Positions 7,073-16,178 are shown, numbered from the stretch's first letter. The stretch: DNA of 19,370 nt from an uncultured archaeon (GCA_964426185.1 CAYRPF010000032.1:8962-28331), one strand, 5' to 3'. Notes: generated by a model not told the origin, from the sequence alone. Translations and numbers: made by a program.

Positions 7073-9691
7073 TTAAAAATCGAGCAGTTGTGAAGCGACT
7101 GGATAAGTATCTACCATAAAATATGCGTAAATGCTCCCCCCAACCGTTTCTTCATTATCAAAACTTAGTAAAACCTCAGAAAGCATCCCGCTCTCTGATG
7201 AAATAACTTGTGTATTATGAGAATAATACAACGGAAGGGGATTTCCCGCAGAATCGATTAATAGGATACTATATACGTGTTCAGTTGCGTTCAAACCAGA
7301 CTCGGTAAGTTGAACAGAAACACAGCCATCTATCACATTAAACGATAATGTTCCGACTTCAGATGGCATTTGATAAATTCCGGAGTTCCAATAACCCACA
7401 TTTAAGCCCCCAGAAACGGTCATATATCCTGTTTTAAATTCACTCATGCCCATAAGTTTTAAGCCAGTGCCATAAAATTCAATCTCATCGCAATGAGCCA
7501 CAGCCATAAATGCACCGAACGGGTTTAGATTGCCAGTAGTGGTGTTGTACGTGGCAGAAATCCGATAAATTCCAAATGGCATATCCCAAGATCCAATGAA
7601 ATTAATTTTAAATCCATCATAGTTGAAGAAAGTTACTAACCCATTATCGTATATTAATTTCAACGGATAACGTTCACGAAGGTTAGAATCAACAACCGTG
7701 CCATTATCAGTCAATTTACCGCCGACGGTCCACAAAATCATAGAATCGGGATTCGTTCGAACCACACCGCTCAGGTAATGAAGGGAATCGAAACCGATTT
7801 GATTATAAGATGGTAGCATCGAAGGATTCGGAGCGCTAATTCTGCTTAATTCAAAAACAGTGGAGTTCCCTCCATTTAATTCGGGACTTTGGAAAGGATT
7901 GGCACTTTCAGATCTGGGATCAATATGAAAAATGAATTCGGTATCTAACACCCCCGATTTTCGTCCACCAAAGAATTTTAACCCGATACGGGACATATGA
8001 GTGCGATAATTACCTGAAATGGAAATTTTCAACTCTCCCCCCGAATTATTCATCCAAGTTTCTTGAGGGGTTAAAACCACAAATCTCCTGTTTGCAGCCA
8101 CATTAATTTTAACACTAACTCCATTTGAAACCGATACACTGAATGATTTGGTGTCAATTTCAGAAAGAATGGTATCTCCGTTGTCCCGAACAAACAACGT
8201 AAAAGTTAGAGGTTGATTGGCATCTATTTTTGAAGGAGGATTTGGTTGTAAACCTCCAAACGGCGTAGTGTATATCAAATAAATTCCATTATCGGGTAAA
8301 ACCTCTCCGGTTCCCACAAATGAGTTAGGATCCGCTAAACCAACCGTGGTCAGAGGATAATCGTAAGGCACAAAAAAGATTTCGCCGCTTTCTCCTGCGA
8401 TATAGATCCCATCAGGACCTAATCCCGGTGAACTGTTAAGATCATTACGATTTTCAGTAATCAATTGGTATACCCAGCGTAATGTGCCGTCTGGATTTAT
8501 AGCAAATAATTTTCCTTCCCCAGAACCCACATAGATCACATCATTACCATCAATTGCGGGAGAGGAACGAATGGGTTCCAATGTATCGAATTTCCAAAGA
8601 ATTTTACCTTTAGTCGGTTCTAAAGCATAAATACTTCCATCTGCGGAAGGTTGAATAATCGTTCCATTAGATAATTGCCCAGGACTTGAGTAAATATGAT
8701 CATTGGTTCCTACTTTCCAAAGTTGTTTGCCGTTTTTTTGAGTGTATGCCCGTAAAATTCCGTCATAGCCGCCTACGATTACCGCTCCTTTTTCTTTAGT
8801 TGAGGTAAGCAACGGGGAAGCGGCAACTGAACCCAGTCCGCCCGAGGTCCATCGTTTCTTACCAGTTTCAATATTATAGGAAAAAAAAGTTTTCAGAGCA
8901 AAATTAGTGGTTCCGAAGAAAAGATTATTTGTTTTTGAATTTACTGCGGGCATTGACCACAACATTTCATTTCCAAGATAATAATCTATGGGATCTCCTG
9001 TGGTTCGATTTAGACGATAGAGAATTTGATTATCATTACCAGCCAATATAGATCCATCAGCCAACATGGCAATATTTCCTTCAAACCAATCCACATTATG
9101 GATTTCTAAGTCAAACTGCTCAGCAGCTTCTTCTTCTGTATGGGCCCGGTGAATCCAGATAATATTTCCATTTGTCCGATTAACGCAATAAACTTTACCA
9201 TCTCCTGACCCAAAATAAACACGACCTCCATCATCTAGCAAGGCAGATGAATCAATTATCTCGCCCGTTTGAACTTTCCATTTTAGCCCACCAGAACGAT
9301 TTATAGCATAGAAGAAATGATCCGCCGAACCGATGTAAACTGTACCATCTTTATCTATAACTGGAGAACTGAAAATACCCTTTCCAGTTCGATAAGTCCA
9401 AGGTTGTAGACTCTCGTTCATAGTTGGAATTATTTGAGACCTTCCATTACTCAAAGAATTTGCGCGGAATTTAGGCCAAGGACTTTCAGGATCTAATGGG
9501 ATATCATATTGGTATATTCTTGAAGAGGTAGAATTCCATACATCTGGAGAGAAATCGTATTTTCCTAAAGGAATAAAAAATCCAATATATAGAGTAGAAC
9601 CCACTAAAATAATAATTCCGAATACCAACAAAGTTCTTTTTCGACGGCGCAACCGCTTCAATTTTTTCTCATCTATAGACATATGATTCAC
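7073..9691 (-). CDS. Membrane-anchored PQQ-like (BamB-type) 8-bladed beta-propeller protein with a ~430-aa uncharacterised C-terminal region
   Basis: Basic N-terminus 'KRLRRRKR' followed by a TM helix, then 'WPKFR'. Eight repeats of the type W..tg..I.SSP.i..dG.vY.GS.Dg.lYA.n..G. Alternative start at ATG 9682. Confidence 0.88.
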   Translation of the reverse strand: MNHMSIDEKKLKRLRRRKRTLLVFGIIILVGSTLYIGFFIPLGKYDFSPDVWNSTSSRIYQYDIPLDPESPWPKFRANSLSNGRSQIIPTMNESLQPWTYRTGKGIFSSPVIDKDGTVYIGSADHFFYAINRSGGLKWKVQTGEIIDSSALLDDGGRVYFGSGDGKVYCVNRTNGNIIWIHRAHTEEEAAEQFDLEIHNVDWFEGNIAMLADGSILAGNDNQILYRLNRTTGDPIDYYLGNEMLWSMPAVNSKTNNLFFGTTNFALKTFFSYNIETGKKRWTSGGLGSVAASPLLTSTKEKGAVIVGGYDGILRAYTQKNGKQLWKVGTNDHIYSSPGQLSNGTIIQPSADGSIYALEPTKGKILWKFDTLEPIRSSPAIDGNDVIYVGSGEGKLFAINPDGTLRWVYQLITENRNDLNSSPGLGPDGIYIAGESGEIFFVPYDYPLTTVGLADPNSFVGTGEVLPDNGIYLIYTTPFGGLQPNPPSKIDANQPLTFTLFVRDNGDTILSEIDTKSFSVSVSNGVSVKINVAANRRFVVLTPQETWMNNSGGELKISISGNYRTHMSRIGLKFFGGRKSGVLDTEFIFHIDPRSESANPFQSPELNGGNSTVFELSRISAPNPSMLPSYNQIGFDSLHYLSGVVRTNPDSMILWTVGGKLTDNGTVVDSNLRERYPLKLIYDNGLVTFFNYDGFKINFIGSWDMPFGIYRISATYNTTTGNLNPFGAFMAVAHCDEIEFYGTGLKLMGMSEFKTGYMTVSGGLNVGYWNSGIYQMPSEVGTLSFNVIDGCVSVQLTESGLNATEHVYSILLIDSAGNPLPLYYSHNTQVISSESGMLSEVLLSFDNEETVGGSIYAYFMVDTYPVASQLLDF

Positions 9692-9819
9692 TTATTCATT
9701 ATTTGGCTGTTTGATCTTTTAAATTTTCATTATCAAACTTAATTAAAAGAAAGGAATGGATATTCGAAAGAATGGAATTATAAATAAGAAAATTAATAAA
9801 TAAATTAGGTGTATTGAAA

Positions 9820-10797
9820 ATGAATTCACAATTATCTTTTAAATTGCATGATTCCAAATCTCGTAATGTTTCTGCATGGGCACGTTCTCTATCGAAATCT
9901 ATGGCTTTATCCTTAATTTTGGGAATATATTTACTTACCCTCGTTTTTTCTTGGTTAGAAATAACTATATTGCTAAAAACCTCTCTAAATCCCATTATCA
10001 TTCTTTTAATCACTGATATTACCGCCACGCTAATCATCTATCTTTTCAGTACTCTTTTAGACAATGCCAGCGTTTATGACCCATATTGGAGCGTAATTCC
10101 CATCCCCATAATGGTATTTTACTGGACTTTTAATCCTCAATGGTCGAATTTTACCCTTCAGCAAGTCCTAACTTTTATCTTGGTTTTACTGTGGGGATTT
10201 CGATTAACTTCCAACTGGGTATCGTATTGGTCGGGATTTGATTTTGAAGATTGGCGTTACCGAGATTTTCGAGCTAAAAATCCAAAGTTATTTTGGTTAA
10301 TCAACCTTGTAGGTATTCAATTAGTTCCTACGGTTATTGTTTTTGCAGGGAGTTTATCCTTATGGCCAATCTTTGCCAATCCACTTGATAAATCTGCTGG
10401 TTTTACGCCAACTTCTTCTTTGTTACTTATAACAGCTATTATTGGAGCAATTATAATGCTGGGGGCAATTTCTTTTGAGTTTTTTGCTGATCGACAAATG
10501 CATCGATTTTTAGCTAATCCTAACAATAAAGGAAAGACAATTTCTGATGGACTGTGGCGATATTCTCGTCATCCAAATTATTTTGGTGAAGTATCATTTT
10601 GGTGGGGCATGTATATTTTCGGATTATCTTCAAATTTCCATTATTGGTGGACTATTATTGGTCCAATTATGATGACCTTACTTTTTCTTTTTATCAGCAT
10701 CCCTATGATGGAAAAGCACAATTTAGCTCGACGGGATGACTACTGGGAATATCAAAGGAAAACTTCCAAAATTGTCCCTTGGTTTCCTCGAAAATAG
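9820..10797 (+). CDS. DUF1295 / steroid 5-alpha-reductase-like integral membrane protein
   Basis: Motifs 'NASVYDPYWS', 'WGFRLT.NW', 'EDWRY', 'ADRQM..F', 'GLWRYSRHPNYFGE', 'SIPMME', 'Y.EYQRKTS..VPWFP'. ATG 9820 is preferred because GGTG (9808-9811) lies 8 nt upstream. Confidence 0.92.
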   Translation: MNSQLSFKLHDSKSRNVSAWARSLSKSMALSLILGIYLLTLVFSWLEITILLKTSLNPIIILLITDITATLIIYLFSTLLDNASVYDPYWSVIPIPIMVFYWTFNPQWSNFTLQQVLTFILVLLWGFRLTSNWVSYWSGFDFEDWRYRDFRAKNPKLFWLINLVGIQLVPTVIVFAGSLSLWPIFANPLDKSAGFTPTSSLLLITAIIGAIIMLGAISFEFFADRQMHRFLANPNNKGKTISDGLWRYSRHPNYFGEVSFWWGMYIFGLSSNFHYWWTIIGPIMMTLLFLFISIPMMEKHNLARRDDYWEYQRKTSKIVPWFPRK

Positions 10798-10818
10798 AAA
10801 TTATAGGAAGAATTAACT

Positions 10819-10987
10819 ATGATCACCTCCTTTTTTTTCGTTCCACATGGTATGCAAATCAATAATGGAGAGTATGCTGCTTCACATTAAAAATAAAGAT
10901 GAACGAAAACAATTTTTCAGTGATATACTTACCTATGCACATCCTACATATTTTGGGATGATGCTGGTTCATATTAACATAAAATAA
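10819..10987 (+). pseudogene. Internally deleted remnant of a class III extradiol dioxygenase (LigB)/Memo-like fold gene
   Basis: The frame starting at ATG 10819 reads MITSFFFVPHGMQI (N-terminal 'PHG' motif). The +1 frame reads IMESMLLHIKNKDERKQFFSDILTYAHPTYFGMMLVHINIK* (C-terminal 'Y..PTYFGM' motif, stop 10985-10987). AGGAAG lies upstream. The family call is from motif recall, not from a search. Confidence 0.65.
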
Positions 10988-11919
10988 CTACTCAAAGTAT
11001 AACGGGTCATTAAATAAAGTTCGCGTTTCATCATAAAACGGGCATGATTAATTGCAAATCCAATAGCTGAAAGAATAATTAAAGCAAATCCTATTCTGCG
11101 AAACATGAGAGTAGATTGTCCGCTAAATCTTAAAATAATGCCAATACTGGTAATAATTACCAAAATAAAAAGTATTCCTAAATAATTACGGAAATGGTTT
11201 TGATAAAATTTCTGCAGGAAATTGGTCAATTCTAAAAATTCGCGAATTTCTAGCTGTCTACGAGTAATGGGGTTTGTATGTATGTTAATACCCAATTTGT
11301 CTAAATACTGATTAAATTCATTGGATCTTATTTCTAAGGTTGTTCGTTTCCGATTAGCGAGTTTCACCAGCCTAATCAGCATAAATATTAAAAAAGCAAT
11401 ATAAATCAATCCACTAATGATTATTTCAAGAGTAAAATGAGGATTAGAAGAATTTCCCCTCGACCTATTTAAAAATAATATAACAATTACTCCACCTAAA
11501 ATGCAAAAAAAAGAGAAATAGGCACTGTTGCGTTGGTATTTTGCTTGGAGTTTTTGAAAGGTCGGATCACCGCGAAGAACTAATTTTTCATGGAGGTGAT
11601 AAAAATCTATCACATTTCCTCCCCTTAATTGATAAGCTCGAATGGGAGAATAATCTTTTTCGCTTGGTTGTCCTACTAAATTTAATTTATAAAAATATCT
11701 AATAAGTTGGATTAAGGATAAAACAGTTGAAATAATAGAAATATACAAAAATTGTTCTAAAAGAATGCGATCTAAAATTTTTTCTTCAGCATCCAATTCC
11801 ACGAGAATAATAATGATCCCAAAAAGAGAAAACAGAAAGAATACTGCCACAAAACTCAATAATTCATAGGAAATTGAATCTTCCGTATTCCAATTATTTT
11901 GAGATTCCATATTATCCAC
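10969..11919 (-). CDS. Hypothetical membrane protein, 6 predicted TM helices in three hairpins
   Basis: 316-aa ORF with a GTG start and AAGGGAGG (11938-11931) upstream. No family motif recognised. Confidence 0.75.
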   Translation of the reverse strand: MDNMESQNNWNTEDSISYELLSFVAVFFLFSLFGIIIILVELDAEEKILDRILLEQFLYISIISTVLSLIQLIRYFYKLNLVGQPSEKDYSPIRAYQLRGGNVIDFYHLHEKLVLRGDPTFQKLQAKYQRNSAYFSFFCILGGVIVILFLNRSRGNSSNPHFTLEIIISGLIYIAFLIFMLIRLVKLANRKRTTLEIRSNEFNQYLDKLGINIHTNPITRRQLEIREFLELTNFLQKFYQNHFRNYLGILFILVIITSIGIILRFSGQSTLMFRRIGFALIILSAIGFAINHARFMMKRELYLMTRYTLSSYFMLI

Positions 11920-12121
11920 TAAAACTGTTTCCTCCCTTTAATTTTTTGCTTTACTGATTGATACATATTTAAGTTTAATCAGATTTGAACAAACTTTAAA
12001 ATTTTTGCTCATTCAAATTAAATCTTTGTTGATCCCTCAATTCAGGTATAATCTATAATAAAAGATCTAAAGAAATCCGGTTATAAAAAAATGTGGGATG
12101 ATAATTCAGAATAACATTACT

Positions 12122-12850
12122 TCATTTTAAACTACAAAAAAATACACTACAGCTAAATAACACCAAAGATATCGTAAAAATCCAGAGTTTTTGGAAAAAT
12201 CCTGGTCTAATTCTGAATAAATAACTAGCGAGATAAAGTAAAGAAAATATTACTAACATCCAAGATAAAATTGGGAGAATCACAGGAAAGAGAAAAACAG
12301 AATCAAATTTGATGAAAAAAATCAGTAAAAAAATATTCACAGCGGTCATTCCCGTAAAAACCATAGCGGTTACCAAAATATGGAGCCAGTTAAATAAATT
12401 GATAGGGATAACGCCTTGAGTAAAAATGTTAAAAGCAGTAAAGTACAAAATTCCTCCAAATAAATCTGAGTATTTAAAGTTAGTATAATAATGAAACATT
12501 AGAACTCCAAACAGAATCGCCATATTGGCCATCCAAAAAGAAAATAGAAGATATGCCCAGAAACCCCTCATATTAGATTGGTTATTCACTTCGGTTTGAC
12601 CGATGTAGCTTGTAGGATGTAAAAAAAACCGATGATTATAGACGGTTACCTTTCGCGCGAGTAAGAATGTTGCAATCCATAAAAAATACATAATAAATAT
12701 TAAATATTTTATGGTATCGAGATCCCAGCGAATATATCTATCACAAAGATAGATATAGATGATAAAAAAGCCTGCTCCGAGAAGAAATGGAAATAAAGAT
12801 TGTGATTTATCCTTTATTTTTTCATCTTGGCTCAAATTCGTTTTTTTCAT
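12122..12850 (-). CDS. Polytopic membrane protein, DUF998-like (paralogue A)
   Basis: About 7 TM. Motifs 'HPTSYIGQ', 'GVIPINLFNWLH', 'FFQKLW'. ATG 12850 has AAGGA 7 nt upstream; the track start is TTG 12856. Confidence 0.75.
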   Translation of the reverse strand: MKKTNLSQDEKIKDKSQSLFPFLLGAGFFIIYIYLCDRYIRWDLDTIKYLIFIMYFLWIATFLLARKVTVYNHRFFLHPTSYIGQTEVNNQSNMRGFWAYLLFSFWMANMAILFGVLMFHYYTNFKYSDLFGGILYFTAFNIFTQGVIPINLFNWLHILVTAMVFTGMTAVNIFLLIFFIKFDSVFLFPVILPILSWMLVIFSLLYLASYLFRIRPGFFQKLWIFTISLVLFSCSVFFCSLK

Positions 12851-12885
12851 GGCCAATTCCTTCTTAATATTTAATCTCTTCTGAA

Positions 12886-13632
12886 TTATACGGATATAAC
12901 CTTGGCGATCTCAATCAAACCAGTGTTACAAGCCCAAAGACCTATGAAAGTCCCAAAAAACCAAGCATTTTGAAATAGCGATGCTTTTCGCTGAGTGATA
13001 TAGGCAATTAAATAAAGTGTAGATCCAATTAGATGAACTGCACAGCCAACATATGCAATTATAGGCACAAATACGCTGTAATGTCCCATATAGATGAAAT
13101 ATGATAAAATAACGATAGTTGTGGTAATATGCAAACCAAATAAAGTGAAAGTAGTAATCAAATGAAACTTTCTATAAAGATCGATGGGCACAATTCCCAT
13201 AAATATAGCCAGCACAGCCCCTAAATACAAACCACATGCTGTAATTTGCAGATATGGGTTAAATAAGAAATAATTCCTTAATAGCAAGCCCGTGATTATA
13301 TAATCTAGCGCCAATCCAATAAAAAATCCCTGTACCCATAGCATTGCTTGATGATTATCTTTTCCAAATACAAAACTTTGACCTAAATAACATACTGGAT
13401 GCTTTCTAAAACTATGTGGGTAAACTGCTTTCTGCTTTGCAATAATAACCCATATATAAGAGAATGGAATTAGAAAAACACAAGTCCATTGCAGAATAAT
13501 CGATGGAACCAAAAAAAATTGGTCTAAAATCACCAGAATTATCAATATTGAGATAAATTCTATCCCAGCTACTATGCGGAAATTAAAACTCGCTTTTTTA
13601 TCTAAAATAATTTTATTCATTATTTTCTCCAT
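12886..13632 (-). CDS. Polytopic membrane protein, DUF998-like (paralogue B)
   Basis: About 7 TM. Motifs 'HPVCYLGQ', 'GIVPIDLYRKFH', 'LFQNAW', colinear with paralogue A. Confidence 0.75.
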   Translation of the reverse strand: MEKIMNKIILDKKASFNFRIVAGIEFISILIILVILDQFFLVPSIILQWTCVFLIPFSYIWVIIAKQKAVYPHSFRKHPVCYLGQSFVFGKDNHQAMLWVQGFFIGLALDYIITGLLLRNYFLFNPYLQITACGLYLGAVLAIFMGIVPIDLYRKFHLITTFTLFGLHITTTIVILSYFIYMGHYSVFVPIIAYVGCAVHLIGSTLYLIAYITQRKASLFQNAWFFGTFIGLWACNTGLIEIAKVISV

Positions 13633-13729
13633 TGAATGAATTACTACTGAAGTGATGATTAGTTAATTGTTGGAAAAGAATAAAGAATTAAAGAATTTGC
13701 GGCATTTTTTTGTATAGGAGAAGTTATAT

Positions 13730-14254
13730 ATGAATGGCTCAAAATCCGAATTTCCCAAGAAATTATATGATTGGTGTAAAAATTTCCCTTATCAATCAAA
13801 CGAACGACCTAATTGGGATGAATATTTCCTATTATTGGCCTTTATTGCAAGTAGGAGAAGTTCCTGCTGGCGAAGAAAAGTAGGAGCAGTGATTGTTAAG
13901 GATAAAGCAGTAATTTCTACAGGGTATAATGGTGCGCCTACACCACAAGTAAACTGCTTGGAACTTGGAGAATGTTATCGTGATGTTCATCAAATCCCCA
14001 GTGGAACTTCTCTGGAATTATGTCGTGCTTCAGGTTCTCATGCAGAATCGAATGCAATTGCTCTTGCCGCTAAAAACGGTCATTCTACAGAGGGAGCAAC
14101 CCTTTATCTTTTTGGACATGAATTTATATGTAATGTTTGTAGGGGTATTATTGCAAATTCTCATATTTGGCGCGTAGTTCATCTTAAAGATGATGGAAAA
14201 CTTATAGAATGGAATGTTTTTTCAGATTGGAAAAAGAATCCCTTGGATGAATGA
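13730..14254 (+). CDS. dCMP deaminase family protein (ComEB-like zinc-dependent deaminase)
   Basis: Motifs 'RPNWDEYF', 'RSSC.RRKVGAVIV', 'STGYNG.P', 'HAESNAI', 'C..C'. AGGAG ribosome site at 13716-13720. Confidence 0.92.
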   Translation: MNGSKSEFPKKLYDWCKNFPYQSNERPNWDEYFLLLAFIASRRSSCWRRKVGAVIVKDKAVISTGYNGAPTPQVNCLELGECYRDVHQIPSGTSLELCRASGSHAESNAIALAAKNGHSTEGATLYLFGHEFICNVCRGIIANSHIWRVVHLKDDGKLIEWNVFSDWKKNPLDE

Positions 14255-14330
14255 AATAAAAAATATCATGAATGAATTCTTTAATAATAATAACACATGG
14301 AAGTTCGCTTCTTTCTGAATAATAATTAAG

Positions 14331-16136
14331 ATGGCTCATCAAAAAACCTTAAAAAATTTAAGGCACGCTTTTTTTTACGCTTTGATGAAAGGAAGCAAAT
14401 GGGTCACCCGCTTGGCATTTCAATACCCTATTACTACTATTTATGTCATAATTGTGTCGATAGTGGAGGTTTTATTATTTATCTTTCCCCTATCGATTAC
14501 CGCTCAGGTGATTGAAGCAGTTTTGAACGGTGCTTCCATGAAAGATGTCAGTTCTAATTTGATTTTTCTCATTTCACTGGCTTTATTCCAAGCATTGATA
14601 TTTTTCTCCATCTCCTTTCTAAATGAGGTAATTGCGCATAGGGTCACCACCGATATGACCAGAGAACTATTCTATTCGTTGCAATACCGCAGCCTAACTT
14701 ATCACGACACAAAGGATGTTGGTGAGATAATGGCTCGAGCGACTGGAGATACTCGCACTGTGAATATCGCTCTTTCACCAGCAGTTCGCTTCATGTTGGA
14801 AATCTTCACGCTGTGGGCGGTGATATTTATTTTGACCGCCATGGTACATTGGATCTTGCTGGTGGTATCTATAGTAGTATTTATTTTCTTTAGTTTCTCC
14901 ACTATTGCCTACTCTCGTAGATTAGTGCCGTATACGGTTGATGTGCGGGAAAAATTCGGGGAATTATCGGAGATCACCAACACATGTTTTACCGGAATCA
15001 GGGAAATCAAATCGTTTGTATCTCAACCTTGGGCGAAACGACGCTATGCTAAAAAAATAGTGGATTACCGCCGGGCAGAACTGAATGCTGGCAAAAAAGC
15101 AGCTTGGTTTTATCCCCAATTGGTGGTAACTTTTTTTTCTGCTTCAATCATAGTTCTATCATTATATTTCGCTTTCCAAGGACTATTTGATGTTTCCTTT
15201 GGAGATGTAATCCGATTGGCTAGTATGATCACTCTATTAACCAATATGAGTGAGGAAATGTCTTGGGCAATGGAATTTATCATTCGAGGAAATACTTCTG
15301 CTGATAGAATATACAGTATCATTCAAGAAAGCGATATAGGAGAATTTCCTGATGGAACAATGGAATTCGATGCGGCCCGTGCAGATATATCCTTCGAAAA
15401 TGTTTCTTTCCGCTACCGACCTGATTTGCCTTGGGCATTAAAAGATGTTTCTTTTAAAGTGGCTCAAAATCAGACAGTTACCATCGTAGGTAGTCCCGGT
15501 TCGGGGAAATCCACGATTGCTAAGCTCATCCAGCGGTTATATCTGCCTAATTCGGGGCAAATTCTACTCGGTGGGCAACCAATTCAAAATTACACCAATA
15601 AATCTTTGAGGAAACATATTGCTACCGTAGAACAGGATATTTTTTTGTTCAATACCACTATTAAAGAAAATATTCGTTATGGAAAACCTAATGCCACGGA
15701 TGAGGAGGTCATTGAAGCCGCCAAACTGGCACAAGCCCATGATTTTATAATGGAACTCCCAAAAAAATACGATAATTTGATTGGTGAAGGTGGTGTTCGC
15801 CTATCGGGAGGGCAAGCACAACGTATATCCATCGCCCGTGCCTTATTGGTCAATCCCTCCATATTATTGATGGATGACGGAGCTTCAGCGTTGGATGCTA
15901 AAACCGAAATACAGATCCAGAATGCCATCAGCAACATTTTGCAGACTCATACTACCATCATTACCACTCATCGGTTATCAATTATCAGTAAAGCAGATGT
16001 AGTAATCATTTTAGAAAAGGGCGAAGTTGTAGGTTTAGGAACCCATGAAGAATTGGTTCGTTCAAATATGTATTATCGGCGTTTATTCGATCGACATTAT
16101 GAATTACCACCTATGGAAATTATGCTTAAGGAATAA
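14331..16136 (+). CDS. ABC exporter half-transporter (TMD+NBD), degenerate Walker B subunit of a heterodimer
   Basis: About 6-TM N-terminal domain. Walker A 'GSPGSGKST', Q-loop 'VEQD', signature 'LSGGQ', Walker B 'LLMDD' (Asp instead of the catalytic Glu), 'TTHR'. Confidence 0.95.
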   Translation: MAHQKTLKNLRHAFFYALMKGSKWVTRLAFQYPITTIYVIIVSIVEVLLFIFPLSITAQVIEAVLNGASMKDVSSNLIFLISLALFQALIFFSISFLNEVIAHRVTTDMTRELFYSLQYRSLTYHDTKDVGEIMARATGDTRTVNIALSPAVRFMLEIFTLWAVIFILTAMVHWILLVVSIVVFIFFSFSTIAYSRRLVPYTVDVREKFGELSEITNTCFTGIREIKSFVSQPWAKRRYAKKIVDYRRAELNAGKKAAWFYPQLVVTFFSASIIVLSLYFAFQGLFDVSFGDVIRLASMITLLTNMSEEMSWAMEFIIRGNTSADRIYSIIQESDIGEFPDGTMEFDAARADISFENVSFRYRPDLPWALKDVSFKVAQNQTVTIVGSPGSGKSTIAKLIQRLYLPNSGQILLGGQPIQNYTNKSLRKHIATVEQDIFLFNTTIKENIRYGKPNATDEEVIEAAKLAQAHDFIMELPKKYDNLIGEGGVRLSGGQAQRISIARALLVNPSILLMDDGASALDAKTEIQIQNAISNILQTHTTIITTHRLSIISKADVVIILEKGEVVGLGTHEELVRSNMYYRRLFDRHYELPPMEIMLKE

Positions 16137-16178
16137 TATAATTGATGAAATTTACGATCAAAAGGGACGTGAAAAAAT

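Noticed and set aside
9699-10526. Track ORFs 9699-10037 and 10317-10526 on the minus strand
   Set aside because: They are antisense to DUF1295, the first also runs through the divergent promoter, and neither has family features.
10821-10838. GATCACCTCCTTTTTTTT matches the 16S rRNA 3' end (anti-Shine-Dalgarno), or a perfect SD on the minus strand
   Set aside because: There is no flanking rRNA sequence and no start codon at SD spacing on the minus strand. It is more simply the codons ATG ATC ACC TCC TTT of the LigB-like remnant.
13675-13697. AAAGAAT(T) x3 in the divergent promoter, and similar AA(G/A)GAATGGA x2 at 9751-9776
   Set aside because: These short purine-rich repeats are expected by chance in AT-rich intergenic DNA.
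14252-14275. TGA stops as possible selenocysteine readthrough (deaminase end, and TGA 16170 before ABC subunit 2)
   Set aside because: The TGAs do not align with catalytic Cys positions, the deaminase frame closes again within a few codons, and I saw no SECIS-like hairpin.
14300-14316. GAAG-TTCG-CTTC mini-hairpin followed by TTTCT before the ABC genes
   Set aside because: The stem is only 4-5 bp and lacks the C(UUCG)G closing pair, so it is too weak to call a terminator or attenuator.
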